DNA of 64,000 nucleotides from Rhina ancylostomus (lineage: Eukaryota), in contig JARFYF010000022.1 in the NCBI GenBank assembly GCA_030265395.1, positions 30,533,120-30,597,119 of the forward strand, in the 5' to 3' direction. This document shows, piece by piece, positions 25,693 through 38,710 of the stretch (its first letter is position 1; each line of letters starts with the position of its first letter). Both the position numbers and the translations under genes were made by a program. The notes under the pieces were generated by a model. That model ran no database searches and was not told the DNA's origin. It saw nothing but the letters and a program-made list of their open reading frames with translations.

Positions 25693-28229
25693 TTAAAATT
25701 GGGCAGGATTTTATCCTTTAAACTATATACAGTGGTTGTTGATGTTTTTCCCTAATCCCTAACTTTGATAGAATCCTGCTCTGGTCTTCTTTGGTTTGAC
25801 TCACCAGCTTTCCTCTCAGCTCATTTATTTTCCTGCAGAGTGCCATTGCCATCTCATTAACAGAATTTCACTGGAGGCCCCACTTAATCCAGCACAAGGT
25901 AAGCAACCAGAAGGNNNNNNNNATTCCAACAGGGGAACGGCAGAAATTATAAAGCACTCAAGATGATGGCCAAGGTAGGGCTGGCTGAGAGTGTGGCTCA
26001 TAGAGACGGGCAGATGCAAACCCCACACACAAAGTGCTTTTCTCCAACAAGTGTTTGAGGAGATGCTTCAATAATTTCTGGATTTCTAGGAAACCTGGGA
26101 AGTTTTGACAACCCTTCTCCTATCCTGCCTCTATCACCGTGCAGTGCTCTGCTGAAATCACCTGCGTTAGGGTACAGAAAATTTGGAGTTTCTAGGCTGG
26201 ATGGTGATGATATGGATGAATGAAATAAACGGGACAGGGAAGAGGTAAAAAAATAAAATGGCAACAAAGAGCATCTTAAAAAAAGACTCCTTTAACCTTT
26301 TTGAACAATGAATTGAAAGCCTTTTTTGGATGAATCCACCTGGAAAAGCTGAGATATTTGTTTCCTTATGAGCTAGCACCTTTCATTTAGCCGATAATCA
26401 CAGAGGACAAAGTATTGTTGTAAAAGGCAGTGACCTTTGGTGNNNNNGGAGTCTGCCGTGACCTTTCATCTCTGTTATCCCCAGAGGTCTCCTCTAATAG
26501 CTTTAAAACTCCATCCTGCTAGGCTGAATTCCAATTCGTCATAAAGCCCTTTCCTCTCAAAACAAAACCAATTTCTGCACCAAGGTGGGAGAGAAACACA
26601 GTGCATTGTTCTGTGTAGATGGAAAGTGGGAGTTACCACAGCAACTGGCCTAATCCCCTCTTTTTACCACCTTTTAGCCAGCCAATCATGTACGCTACCT
26701 TTTAAATTATGTGCTTGAATACCAGTGGCCTATCTGGATGCTTTAATTAGCTGTGATTTTTTTGTGTGTAACACATACAACATGATGGGCTAAACGAAAT
26801 TTGCAAAATAATGACGTACCTCCACAAAATATTCCTCCTCCCGAGGCCCAGTCTAAGGAGAGAAAAAAAACAATAATGAGACCATTATTAAAAGCGGGCA
26901 TTAAAATGCTGGTCTACCATTAAACACAGAACATAATTGTTCTGGCCTTGTCCACACAATCAACAACCTATTGTTTAATAGTTGAAAAAATAAACGACTG
27001 GAGAATGGGTGCCATAATGATAAGTCTGTACTGCCATACACGCACCATCCAGAACTGTCCACAGGGGCTATTACAGAATCTCTTGACAGTCACTTTTTGT
27101 CAGAAAAGGTAATTTAAACAGCAGTGCCTCGGAGCTGCTAAAACAAGCCTTTGTTTGCTGCTTTATAATTGTTCAGAAACAGCTAATAGAGAAGAATAAA
27201 AGTAAAACCAGGGAAAGGGAATCAGAGAAAAAAAGGGCAGTGGGTAGCAAGACATTTTTGCATTGTGGTACTTTCAATAGGATATGCTGCATATTCCCAC
27301 CGTTGATGACACTCATTTTAATATAGAGAACCAGGGCGACAGAGAACAGGCAGATTCTGAGACTCTGATTTTTATGCTTTGTGATGTGTTGGATCTCCTC
27401 ATGCAACTAAATACATGGGCTATATTACCTTCCTTTTAGTTATGGGAGTTTAAATTTCCATTAAGCCTTGATTGAAGAGAGCAGAATATAAGTGAAACAG
27501 AAGAAAGCAATGCACAGATGTCACCAATCTCTGCTTGAGAATCATTCCCCAGAACTATTAATTACTGTTTACGATGCTAAAATAGAGGCAGAAGAAAAGG
27601 GGTACAGTGAGGGAACGAGGGAACAAAAGATAGAGGCAAAAAGTATTAAACGGACTTCTTGTTGTCATGAGCCACAACATGCTTCATTTATCTTCATCTG
27701 GTTAAGCAAAATTAATTAAGAATCTGACTGTTACACACTTTCCCTTTTTATTACATCAAATAATGTCAGATATCTTGTGGGGAATGAGAGAAGTATAAAA
27801 TGTCTTGCTGCCGAGATTTATTCAGCATCTACCTGAAAAACAGATATCCTGTCTTAAATATTTTTACACCATATATGTAAATATGACAGCTAAGACAAGG
27901 TTTGCACTTTTCCATATTAATAAAAAGTGAGTATTCAAATTAATTGCTATTCTCCACGATATTTAATTACAATTAATAAGCGGTAGAAATGAGGTTTTGC
28001 ATTTAGAGTATCACTCAAGTACATACAAGACCAATGCTCATTTTTAAAAGAGCACCCCTTCTGCCAGTGCCCCTTCCCACTCCCAAATGTCAAGGGTGTG
28101 ATACATTTTCATTGGCCTCAGTAGCCTCATACAGTTACTCTTCATTATGAATGCCTAGTGCATATAAGCAGAAGCTATTTGAGTGTAGAAAGGCACCACA
28201 GTAAAACTCAATCTTCTCCCAAAAACAGC

Positions 28230-28410
28230 ACCTGCATACCTATCCAGTAAAGGTCAACGGTTAGCAATCAGAAGTAGGAATATTGGCCAATTTTCTTCCT
28301 TCCCTCACATGGTGAGGCAGACACTGTTCCACCATTCCCATTGTTCTCCCAGCTGATTAACNNNNNNNNNNNNNNNNNNNNACAGAAAACTCAAATCCAG
28401 AATTACCACG
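28230..28410 (-). mobile_element. Family-A SINE-like copy
   Basis: agcaatcagaagtaggaatattggccaattttcttccttccc...cccagctgattaac is the reverse of the family-A body. Confidence 0.45.
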
Positions 28411-28934
28411 CTGTTATCAATATATTCACCTATGATAAAGTATATTCCACACACATGCCTAATTTGCCCTCAGAGCATATTTGATAAGACAAAAACAAAT
28501 AGCTCTGGAAATCTAAGTTTATCAGTGCTCTTTCTCTGCCAAGCATGAATGTGCACTTAAAAAAAATGCTCAAAGGGCCAACATTTCCTTCCAGTTGAAG
28601 ATGTTGCACAAATTAAAACCATGAGATCTGCTTTATTGACAGAATTCTTATTTAACATGTTGCTTCAACTTTCTTAAAGTGATGGAGGTGAAACTTTGGA
28701 ATACTCGACATGCAGGCTAACCAAGGGGAGATTGTCCCATTCTATTGTCGGATGAGATGCTTCAACTTGTAATGCACATAATTCTTTTTAAAGCATTTTC
28801 TTATGTGCAACACTACTTCTATTGCATATACACTAGGAACCTGAAATTCCAGCCAAGATCAATGATGAAGAGTCTGCAAGCCCAAAGCCAGTTCTGCTGT
28901 GAGTCCATCCTGGAATTTGTTTTTAGCTTGCAGT

Positions 28935-29126
28935 TATTTCTGGCAGGAGGTGGGAGATGCCGTGGATGGATTTTCTGCTGGCTTCTCCTACATCAGCTGG
29001 CATCAGAAGTTCTCAGATTTAGCCCACAAACTTTACACTGTCATTGGGCATCAGCAGAGCTTACGCCAACTAAAAGCTGGAGTGTGTCCTATCGACAAGG
29101 AAAGCACATCACCACAAACAAAATAA
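28935..29126 (+). pseudogene. Harbinger-type Myb/SANT-like DNA-binding domain remnant
   Basis: WQEVGDAVDGFSAGFSYISWHQKFSDLAHK parallels the W.EVA..V...QC.KKF.DL pattern and the copy at 33720-33809. Confidence 0.45.
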
Positions 29127-31169
29127 TATTGAATTGTGATTTCTGTTGTAACTTGGAACACAGAACACTTAACTAGATAAATAAGGTCCCACATACATCA
29201 ATGGGTTAATGGCCATTAAAGCTAGATTATGGAGGTACTTGAGACGTAGATATTGACCAGTTCATTGGTGTGAACACCCCAGATCATCTTTAAAATTCTA
29301 TCACTGGATTTTTTGGTCATCTAATAGGGCAGAAGGCCACTCCATTAATGACTTTTTGTAAAGATTGTATGAGATTTGAGAGTCCCATAAAAGCCTAGGC
29401 AACCTTCATGAAACCTTTACATCACTTACTTGCTGTCAACGAGCAACCTCTTAGCTGTGTAATTTTTTTCTCTTGCTTCACACTATATTTTTACTTGATG
29501 CAAGTATGAAATTGCACAGCAGGATTTAAATGAGGCCAGAGCATCGAAACATTCTGGCCTTCGTTCTGGAACACAGAACCACTTTTAACCCATATTGCTA
29601 CAGATCACAATAGCATCTTTCAAGGATTAAGACAGTATTCCTGGGTTCAGTTACACATTGTTTGCAGAATCACCAGGAGTTGAAGATAAAAAGGAGAGAA
29701 ACTATTCCATTACCTCTTGGGGCAGGCATTTTTTGATAGGTTGAATAATTTAATTAAGAAGAAAATTAAACATGAAAGAAAAGGGTGGATGGAAAGCAAG
29801 CTCAGGGAATCAGATCTGGGTAGACCTTTCTGTTTCAGAATCTGTCAATATTTCAGCAGAGTCTTCCACAAAGTGATAATATTTTCAGGGGATGTCTAAG
29901 AGAAGGGTAATATTTTTGGTGAATTCTCAATGTCCAGAAGGAGCCCCTGAGGGTATGTTAAGATTTTAAAGTTTTTCTGGAAAAATATTTAATTTTAACA
30001 GGAATGGAAGCACTATTTTCAAAAATCACTCAGGAGTGCATCAGAGTTAACAGATGGGCCCAGAAGTTTGTTGCTGGTTACAAGGTTTCTCTCAGAATGA
30101 ACTAATATTACAGGGTTTCTTGTCAATGTGGCAATATTACTACAAAGGTCATCCATAAAGAAAGGTTGAAAAACACTGCTTTAAAGATTCCAAAGTATTA
30201 TCATTGTTAAATGCATTCAGACTATTCTCCTTAAATTAAATACATAAAACATATTGGATTATTTTTTTCAATAAGACAACCATTTTCTGTTGTTACTAAA
30301 CCAAAGATATTTGATTACAAATATTGCAGCAGTGTTTAAGGGTGTAGCTTATTGCATATTTTCACAGATATTGGTCTTCTGTGATTATAGTTCACGACAA
30401 TCTGAAATTATTGTGTTGTTATCTCATAACAATGTACAACCAAGTTTATTTAATAACCATATGCAGGGCAACAAACAACAAAGATAAGTGAAATAGCTAT
30501 TCTTTTAACTATATTTTATGCAGTGTTAGTCAGAGTCTTTTGCATGCTATAAATTAACAAGTGGACACAAAGAAAAAAATAATGAAATGAAATCTCGGTT
30601 TCATCTAGGTCCAATCAACCAGTCTTTCCCACTCCAATCGTAGCCATGTGTGTGAGATCCTTTTGCTGGCATTTCTCATTTAATTAAAGCAGACATTGAC
30701 AGAAGGACATGGATTAGGCCTGTAATGATGCATTTACTTAGATTAAACGGAGTCTCCTTTTGGAGTAATAGCTCAAACAAAGAACAAAAGGAAATTGTTA
30801 TGAAACAGCCTTTTATCCCAGGCAAAGGTCACATTGTAAGGTTTTTAATTTTGTCAGCCTCTGTTAATCTGGTGTACACTGATGGAACACGAGAAGCACA
30901 TTTCAAAGCCAGTTATCATAATACAGCCATTAAACCTGCAAATTAAAATGTCTGATTTTACACAGGTTGCTTAGTTTCAAAACCTCTAATTAGCATGTGG
31001 TGCGGATTTTTTTGTGAGGAAGAGGGGCTGAGGGAAATGCTAATGACTTGCTGCCAGGTGACCATTACGCTGTGTGTTAAAAAGGGAAACCTCTAAACCA
31101 AGCTGCATGCTTAATCCACTCATTTCTGCCCTTTATTTTCCTTCCTTATTCATATATACCAACATTTAG

Positions 31170-31660
31170 GAGCCCTCAAAAAAGTGATGGTGGCAGAGAG
31201 GAGAGACCAGGCAGAATCAAGGTGGGGTAAGGAGTCATATTAACAAAAACAGATGGGAGTCTTAATGAGACAAAACTTGGGTGCATTACGGGGAAAGAGG
31301 GAAAGAAAACGACCAACATAGGCCAGATGACAAGGATTAGACTGGTGAGGTTGAAAAGAAGCAGCCTTGGGAGATTTTGTTCACTGGGCAACACTGTAGC
31401 AGAGGGGAATTGACAGGCTGGGGGTTGTGTTGGAGACAGGGATGCATTTCCAGCTGAGGTGAGGATGTTGGACAGGATTGAGAAGAAACAGGGTCAAGAT
31501 GAAGGATGAAGCAAATGAAAGTTGCAATGGATAGAAAGAGAGAAAACTGGCAAGTTAGAGGTGGGCTAGGGAAGAACACAATTGAAAAATAGAGAAATGC
31601 AATTGGCTCAGTAAAGCTGACAAGGTTTATTATAGACAGTAGCACTGAAGTGGATCAATA
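31170..31660 (-). mobile_element. L2 LINE fragment (endonuclease/linker region)
   Basis: Purine-rich plus strand typical of reversed L2 (gagaccaggcagaatc, ggtgaggttgaaaagaagcagccttgggag, gcactgaagtgga). Confidence 0.5.
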
Positions 31661-32099
31661 AATACCCTTCTTTAAGTGAAAACCATTCATTAAAGCAATT
31701 TAACCCAAGTTAGATGACGCTTGAGTAAAATTGCACCCATTGGAAAATGGACTAGGTACTTCCATGCACAATTCCCATTAGAAAATCTAACAATTTTCCA
31801 GTCTCAGGCGCATACCCAGTGACATCAATAGTTGCACAATGGACATTTCCACCCCTACTGACATAAATAGGAGTTTCAGGGTATAACATATGACTTTCAC
31901 TGAACATTTAGCATACAGCTGGGAACACATCACCTGACTGGTTACATGTTTCCTATTTTAAGGGGCATGGCTAACGTCAGGACACTTGACAGGATAGCAT
32001 CAGAACTGACTGCAGGCTGCTCAGTCACCTATCAATGTTCAGAGTGTGCATAATCTAATGGGAAATGCTTTTTATAGCATTTAGCTGCCAAGACATTCA

Positions 32100-33150
32100 T
32101 TCAGTGGTGACCCTGCCAGCAGCAGTCCATTGTTAGAGCCTTGTGATGGCAAGATTTGGCCACTCAGAACAGCTCTTGGATTTTGGGGCATGGGGCAAAA
32201 TCAAGCCCATTAGTGAAGAGCCTACTCCCAGTGACATTATATCCTACCTTCACCTCACATATGAACAATGCATTTGCAGTCTCAGTTTTCCATTCTGCAG
32301 AATGACATTTGACTATACTCTCGTCTTTGGACTGGTCTCTCAGTGGAGGTCAAGGTCAAGGTCAAGCACTGGGATTTGCCAAAACTTCTGGCTTACTGTG
32401 AGTGCAGGCAGCATTCATTTGCTCATAAGAGCTCTCAATAATAGANNNNNNNNNNNNNNTGTCATCCTTACCTGGAGTAACAATCAATCTGCTGGAGGAA
32501 CTCAGTGGGTTGAGCAGCATCTGTGGGAGGAAAGGATTTGTCAATGTTTCAGGTTGAAACCCAACATCAGGATGAATGCAGGGTTTCAATCCCAATTGCT
32601 GACAATTCATTTCCTCCCACATAAGCTGCTCAACCCACTGAGTTATTCCAGTGGATTGTAGCTCTCACTAACACCTGGACCCTTAACTCAACAGGAAATC
32701 TTCCACTCCCTCAATGTTAAACTGGTTGAGGATCGCCCAAAGGATATTCCTGATAGACCATGACATGTTTCTAGGAAACACATTAGTGTTCATCTTCACG
32801 GAGACTGAGTGGCAAGGCATTTTCTGCAGACAGCACCATTCAGAAGGTTGACCTCACCTGGGGGTTGGGGGGGGGGTGGTGGCAGGGCGGGTGAGATCTA
32901 CCCTCTTCTTCCCTGGCTCCTGACAACAATGCACAGTCCTACCACAGCTGTGGAGTGCTGCTGCAGGACATAGAAGTTCAAGGACTTGTGGGAAGTGTCA
33001 TAGGTCTACTGGAAGTAATATTCTGGTTCCTGCATCAGTCTGGGGTGCCCTGTAGAACATACACATCTGGTGTGGAGACATCATCATTGTTTACTGTTTG
33101 CTGCAATCTGAAGACTGCCATCAGTGCTGGACAAAGATCATCAAGTGGGC
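32100..33150 (+). pseudogene. PIF/Harbinger DDE transposase fossil
   Basis: Ordered motifs: ALGFAKTSGLL*VQAAF (about 32366), NRK.FHSLNVKLV (about 32690), KGY (about 32740) and VIGLLEVIFWFLHQSG (about 32997, compare TIGLLKMRFRCLDRSGGAL). Confidence 0.75.
32475..32664. mobile_element. Palindromic Penelope-type repeat inserted into the Harbinger transposase
   Basis: Inverted arms of about 85 bp: caatctgctggaggaactcagtgggttgagcagcatctgtgggagg and cctcccacataagctgctcaacccactgagttattccagtggattg. Confidence 0.75.
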
Positions 33151-33719
33151 CCAGACTGCAGTGAAAACAACTTAAATTTCTCACCAGTACCACTGTGTAA
33201 ACTTCTTACTGATATGGCATTTCACACATATAGCTTCAGCCATTTTCTTGCAAGTACGCTGTACCAGCTGGTGCTGGTTTACTTTCCCTTCTGTCCAGAG
33301 CCAGAGGGAGATGAGGTGCAGGCTAGGACCAGCAGGAGCAAGAGGAGCTCAAGGATAAAGCAAGGCTATTGGGAAAATCCCAGCAGAACACCACATGTCT
33401 CAACTCCCAACAGACCAAAGGACAAATATATTGACTGCCTTGACAGTAATGCACCCTCTTACATAGGGATGTTATTAATAAGGACACTGTCAAACATAGC
33501 TTTGTATCCAATGTGAACCTCTCCACAATCAAGTTCTTAACACCATTGCAGTTCACCAATAACAAGCCGAGAGAGCCCAGATGATGCAGAATAAGCCTTA
33601 CATCTGTTTAGCACTAACACCTGCACAGATCAGAACAGATCAACAAATGAATCCCTGATCCATTTACTGAAATGGCTCATTATATCTGTTGTCAGTGTTG
33701 TGCAGATCACCCTGGCATA

Positions 33720-33880
33720 TCTTGTGAGGACATGAAATTTATTTTTACACTGCTCAAATGAGAACAGATTCTCACATCTGGAGGAGACATCTGGAGCCAC
33801 CTCCTGCCAGCATCTTCCTATGTGACCCTCCTGGCATTTGACTCACCGATGACAATGCCAGGTCTCTCTCAGTATCTAAG
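33720..33880 (-). pseudogene. Harbinger ORF2 Myb/SANT-like domain fossil
   Basis: Minus strand 33809-33720 reads WQEVAPDVSSRCENLFSFEQCKNKFHVLTR, convergent with the transposase at 32.1-33.15 kb. Confidence 0.7.
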
Positions 33881-33900
33881 AGCCCTCTCCCTTCTCCCCT

Positions 33901-33904
<4 letters not shown>

Positions 33905-33942
<38 letters not shown>

Positions 33943-33947
33943 TCTCT
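33905..33947. repeat. (TC)n microsatellite
   Basis: Directly visible. Confidence 0.95.
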
Positions 33948-34339
33948 ATGGCAGTGATATCATGTATTGCTGTTCTGTTTGCCATCAGAGTGTGCCTTTA
34001 AAGGCTGATGACCTTCTAGGATTGATGCAGAGCAAATTGTCAGAAGCCATACCTGATTGAACTTGATCCCATTGAGAACTTTGAGGTCCTATTTTAACAC
34101 ATCAGTCTGGGTGTAAACCATTCTTTGTGCTTTTTCCAATGTATTTTGGCCAATTTCATGATTTTTGGCAGATTCGGCTTTAGTATATGTAAAATGGGAC
34201 AAAATCCAATTTCCAGGCACATTATTACTATATTAAATGTGCAGTTATTTAATACATTGTGGTCCCCTTTTCCTTATTTTAATGATAAATAAATATCTAT
34301 GAACACCATCCCTCCAGCATTTCAGTGTTAGGGAGCACC

Positions 34340-34520
34340 AGAATATGAATAGCCATCCTAAGGAGGTCTATTTCCTGGTCTGTGCTCTGTCAATTGACCT
34401 CAATATGATTATTTGTATGAGTACTAAATTGGCTTTGCTTTCCTCTGTTAAGGCAGCATTAACTAGCCATGATTCCCACTGCCAGCCTCTGTAAAGTATA
34501 AAAGAGTACACACAAGGTGA
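34340..34520 (+). mobile_element. Family-A SINE-like copy
   Basis: cctggtctgtgctctgtcaattgacctc...aaattggctttgc...ctagccatgattccc. Confidence 0.5.
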
Positions 34521-36071
34521 CACAACATTCATACATTGAACTTAATTACAATAAGACCCAAATAGTTGAACAACCTGCTTACAGACTATCTCTGGGTTTA
34601 TTGAGAAGAAGTTCCCAGTACCAAAGAAACTTTACACCATCATACAATCAGAACCTCTCAGAGAAATTAGAGAAAGCGGTGGAAATACATAAATTATAAA
34701 GAAAGCAGGAAGTATTAAACTAAACACGTTACATGTCATGCTCTTAAAGTGAAAGACAGACCTTTCAAGGCCACAGAGAATAATTAAGTTATTCAGATTT
34801 TAATTGGGTTTGTCCAAGAAACTTTGTAGGTCATAATATGCTTTTCAGTTTCAGGCTACATGCGAGAAACACACATCAGAAGCATCTTGCTTTGCAAGAT
34901 AATTCCGCATCTGTAATATCCTATGACATCTGGAGGGTGACGTCTGGAGTGTGAGGTATCCATATTGCATTGCCATTTCAATGCACTACTAGTGGATCGC
35001 CTATGTTATTGCTTGTAGGTAGGTACTATGTAATGGGAACCATTTTATGCTGTGCAAATATCATTCTGATAAAATATAGCCTTTCTTTCTTTAAGGCAAC
35101 CTTGGTTGTTTATCGTTATTGGGTAAGCACATATTCAGATCATTTAGAGTTTAACTGTTGTTTGGTTAGGGTATTTATTAATTGTAAAGTGCCTATTAGT
35201 TTTGGACCTGGAGTAGAAGTGTCCAGCATTCAGTGGCTGGTGTATTTTCCTCTTCTTTTGATTGTTTTGTATATGTAATAGTGCGTGACACCTGATACAA
35301 ATCACCATATTACTTTTAATACATTCTAGTGGACCTCCTGTGGTATTGGTCATGGTAACTTGAATTATACACTGTTTAAAATGACAGTAGTATTATACAT
35401 GTCACACACAATGTACTCTGATATATTTTTGGTTGGTTTGTCCTNNNNNNNNNNNNNNNNNNNNNNNNNNNNNNNNNNNNNNNNNNNNNNNNNNNNNNNN
35501 NNNNNNNNNNNNNNNNNNNNNNNNNNNNNNNNNNNNNNNNNNNNTTTGAGAGTTGCACTTTCAGTTATTGTTATGGCTGCTTTTGACCAATGTCACCAGT
35601 CATTCTCCTGACTATAGTGCAGGCAAGAAACCAAAAGTTGCAGCCTCAAGAAGTGTCACTTTTTCTGCAACACAAATGTTTCCTCACCATCCAACAAACA
35701 ACCTTGGATCAGAACTCACCCATAAGAACTGATGGCTGCCATTCCACATCGCATCAATCTGCTATAATCATTGGCTTTGGGATTTTTTTTCTAAGTGAAA
35801 TTGAGCATACATCCACCAAAGGAGTAGTTAGATGCCCGATCTTTGAAACTGATTGGAAATTTATATATACAAAATCAACATGTGCTCAAAGATGTAACAG
35901 TAAAGCTTAAAGTAAATTCTATTCTATGTCAATATACACAGGGAACACTGAACAGCCCACAATCCCCTCCATCACCTCCTCCACCCACTTGTCCTGCACA
36001 CTGGCACCATTCTATTTCATCTTCTATCACCAGCAACAAATGTAAATAAAAGAAATTGGCCAGTGCTCTAC

Positions 36072-36128
36072 GGTAAAGGTTAATTACACATTGGTAAAGG
36101 TTAATTACACAACGGTAAAGGTTAATTA
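36072..36128. repeat. 21-bp tandem repeat, 2.7 copies (ggtaaaggttaattacaca..)
   Basis: Units start at 36072, 36093 and 36114. Confidence 0.9.
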
Positions 36129-37599
36129 TGGTGCTTTTATTTTACAAGTGTGAAAAACCCGTAACTGACAGATGATGAAATCATGCACAATGTCTTTGAG
36201 TGATCTAACCCCAGCAATCAGCTCCTAATGATGTCAGTTTGAGTTTGCTGTGTGTCAGTTTGCGACTCTCTGCTGTTTGAAACATGGCAACATGCTGGTT
36301 TGAAACGAACAAGCCATTACTTGGCTAGGATACAACACTGTGAAGGCATTGCTTTGTGTACATGGCACATCATTTTTGAGATACACAATGCTGAATCTTT
36401 TTTTTGGTGAAACTATCACCATGGGCCAGATAATAGTCCTGAATTAAGAAACTAATCACTCTGATCAGGAATGTATTCCTAAAGTGATTGAATTTCAGCA
36501 CTGAGGAGGTTAGCCATGAGGTAAATTAAGTTGCAATTTTTAAGTTAAGTGATATGAATAACGGTTCAAATCACATAATCCTATCATTAACCCTGTAAAC
36601 ATCCTGGAGGGGTAACTTAAACTTGGAGAACTGTGTAAGATGGGTGCTATTAGATTAGCTGTCCACTACATCTATGGAGGGATGATAACAAATGCTAATA
36701 CCATTTTCCCTTTTGTTCACTCTCACTCAAAGTCCACTTTACACCCACTGAATCGAAAGTGAAAATGTTACACACCTGCTTCCAGGTAACACACAATGAC
36801 CACATCTGAAGGGAATATTTGTAACAGGTAGTCCATGGAACTTTCCCAAAATAAACCAACTTGAAACATGCCTTTAACTCCATTGTATTCATTAGATCAA
36901 TTTACCCAACAAAATACAAGGAAGAAGACGACTTCCTTCATGGAGGGCAAACTGCTAATTATACAGATGAACAATATTTTAACTTACATTAAATTGCTTG
37001 TTTCTCTTACTTCACTTTTATGATACCAGCATAGACAGATCCTTCTAGACAATTCTACTGCATGTGAATAGTACAAAAGTCACAAAATCAATGTATTGTC
37101 ATGTTGGTGGACATTCATATGGAGAGTGGGAAGAACTCTTACCAAACAAGAATTTTTAACAAACATACTTAAGTGAACTTTCTGTCCTATTCAAAGGATA
37201 GATAGCTTTTAATCCAGCTGTATTATTATGAAAAGAGAGGCTAATGAGGATATGGAGTGTCTATGTTTAGATAATTCCTTACTTTATTTTCCTAAAAAAC
37301 CTTGCTTCTCGAGCTACTCATAATTCCCAGGCCCATTCTCAACTATCACACCATTGACAAAACATGAGAACCTTAGGAGATAAAGCAGTTATATTTGTGA
37401 CATGGCACTAGCAGGAAATTTATAGTATTTTGTGAAATATGTGCTATTCTGTTTACTTTAAATACATTATCAAAATGGCAAGCCAAATCACAACAACACA
37501 TTGCAAATTCTGCTCGGGTCACATTTCTCTGGGTGGAGCTCCAGAACCTTTATCAATTTGACACCTTTTACTCTCTCTATACCTTTCTCCCATACACAC

Positions 37600-38710
37600 A
37601 CCAATACTAGAGAAAGCACAGTACTCGAACATATCTTAGGAAATGAAACTGGGCAGGTGGTGGAGGTGGCAGTGGGAGAACACTTTGGGAACAGTGAACA
37701 TAAATCATAAATCTGCAAGTTTCAAGATAGTTATGGAAAGGGATGAGGTTGGTCCTTAAATAGGATCAAAGGAGTTTCTTGAGAAATATAGTGTGTGTAG
37801 GAGATAACAAGAAAGAAATTAGGAGGGTAGAAAGGGGCCATGAAATATCCTTGGCAAATAAGACTCCTTAGAGACATTCTATAATCAGGGGCAAGAGGGT
37901 AGCCAGGGAAAAAAGTGGTCCCCTTAGGGACCATTGCGATAATCTATATGTGGAGCCAGGCAAGTGGGTGAAGTCCTAAATGAATACTTCTCATTTGTAT
38001 TCACCAATGAGAAAAGTGTGGAAGATAGTGAGTTCAGGAAGGGATACGTTGTGTGCCGGAGCAGGGAAAATCCTGCTTCACTGATTTGAGCTTTGTGAGG
38101 ATGTTACTAAGAAGGCTGATGAAGGCAGGGTGATAGATGTTGTCCATATGGACTTTAGTAAGGAACACGATAAGCTTCTGCATGGTAGGCTGGTCCAGAA
38201 GATTAAGGCACGCTGGCTATTTGGATCCAAAACTGGCTTGGTGATAGGAAGCAGAGGGTAGTGGTGAAATTAGTAATCTGTGACCAGTGGTGCACCACAG
38301 GAATCAGTGCCAGGACCTTTGAGTTTGTAATATATAATAACATATCACAAACAACAAGAAAGTGAATGAAGGAGGTACGATCAGTAAATTTGCAGATGAG
38401 ATGGAAATTGATGGTGTTGCAGATAGCAAGGAAATAGATCAGATGAAAAGTTGGGTGAAGCATTGACAGATGGAATTTAATCCCGACAAGTGTGAGGTGA
38501 TGCATTTTGGGAAGTCAAAAAGGGGCAAAACAATAAATGCAGAGTGCTAAGGACCTTGGGGATTATCCATAGTTCCCTGGAAGTGGCAACAAGGTAGATA
38601 GAATGGTGAAGAAGGCATATGGCCCACCTGCCTTCATAGGTTGAGGCACAGAATAGAAGAGTTTTGGATTTTATGCTGAAACTTTACAAAACACTAGTTC
38701 AACCACACAA
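37600..38710 (+). mobile_element. CR1 LINE ORF2 fragment (endonuclease end plus RT), internally deleted
   Basis: LEHILGNETGQVVEVAVGEHFGNSEH, then RT motifs GKSC.T.L, DEGRV.DVV.MDFSK, SGAPQESVPGP, SKFADE, MEFNPDKCEVMHFG. Confidence 0.9.

Noticed and set aside
26928-26943. AGAACA-taat-TGTTCT palindrome resembling a steroid response element
   Set aside because: The spacer is 4 nt rather than the 3 nt needed for a GRE/ARE.
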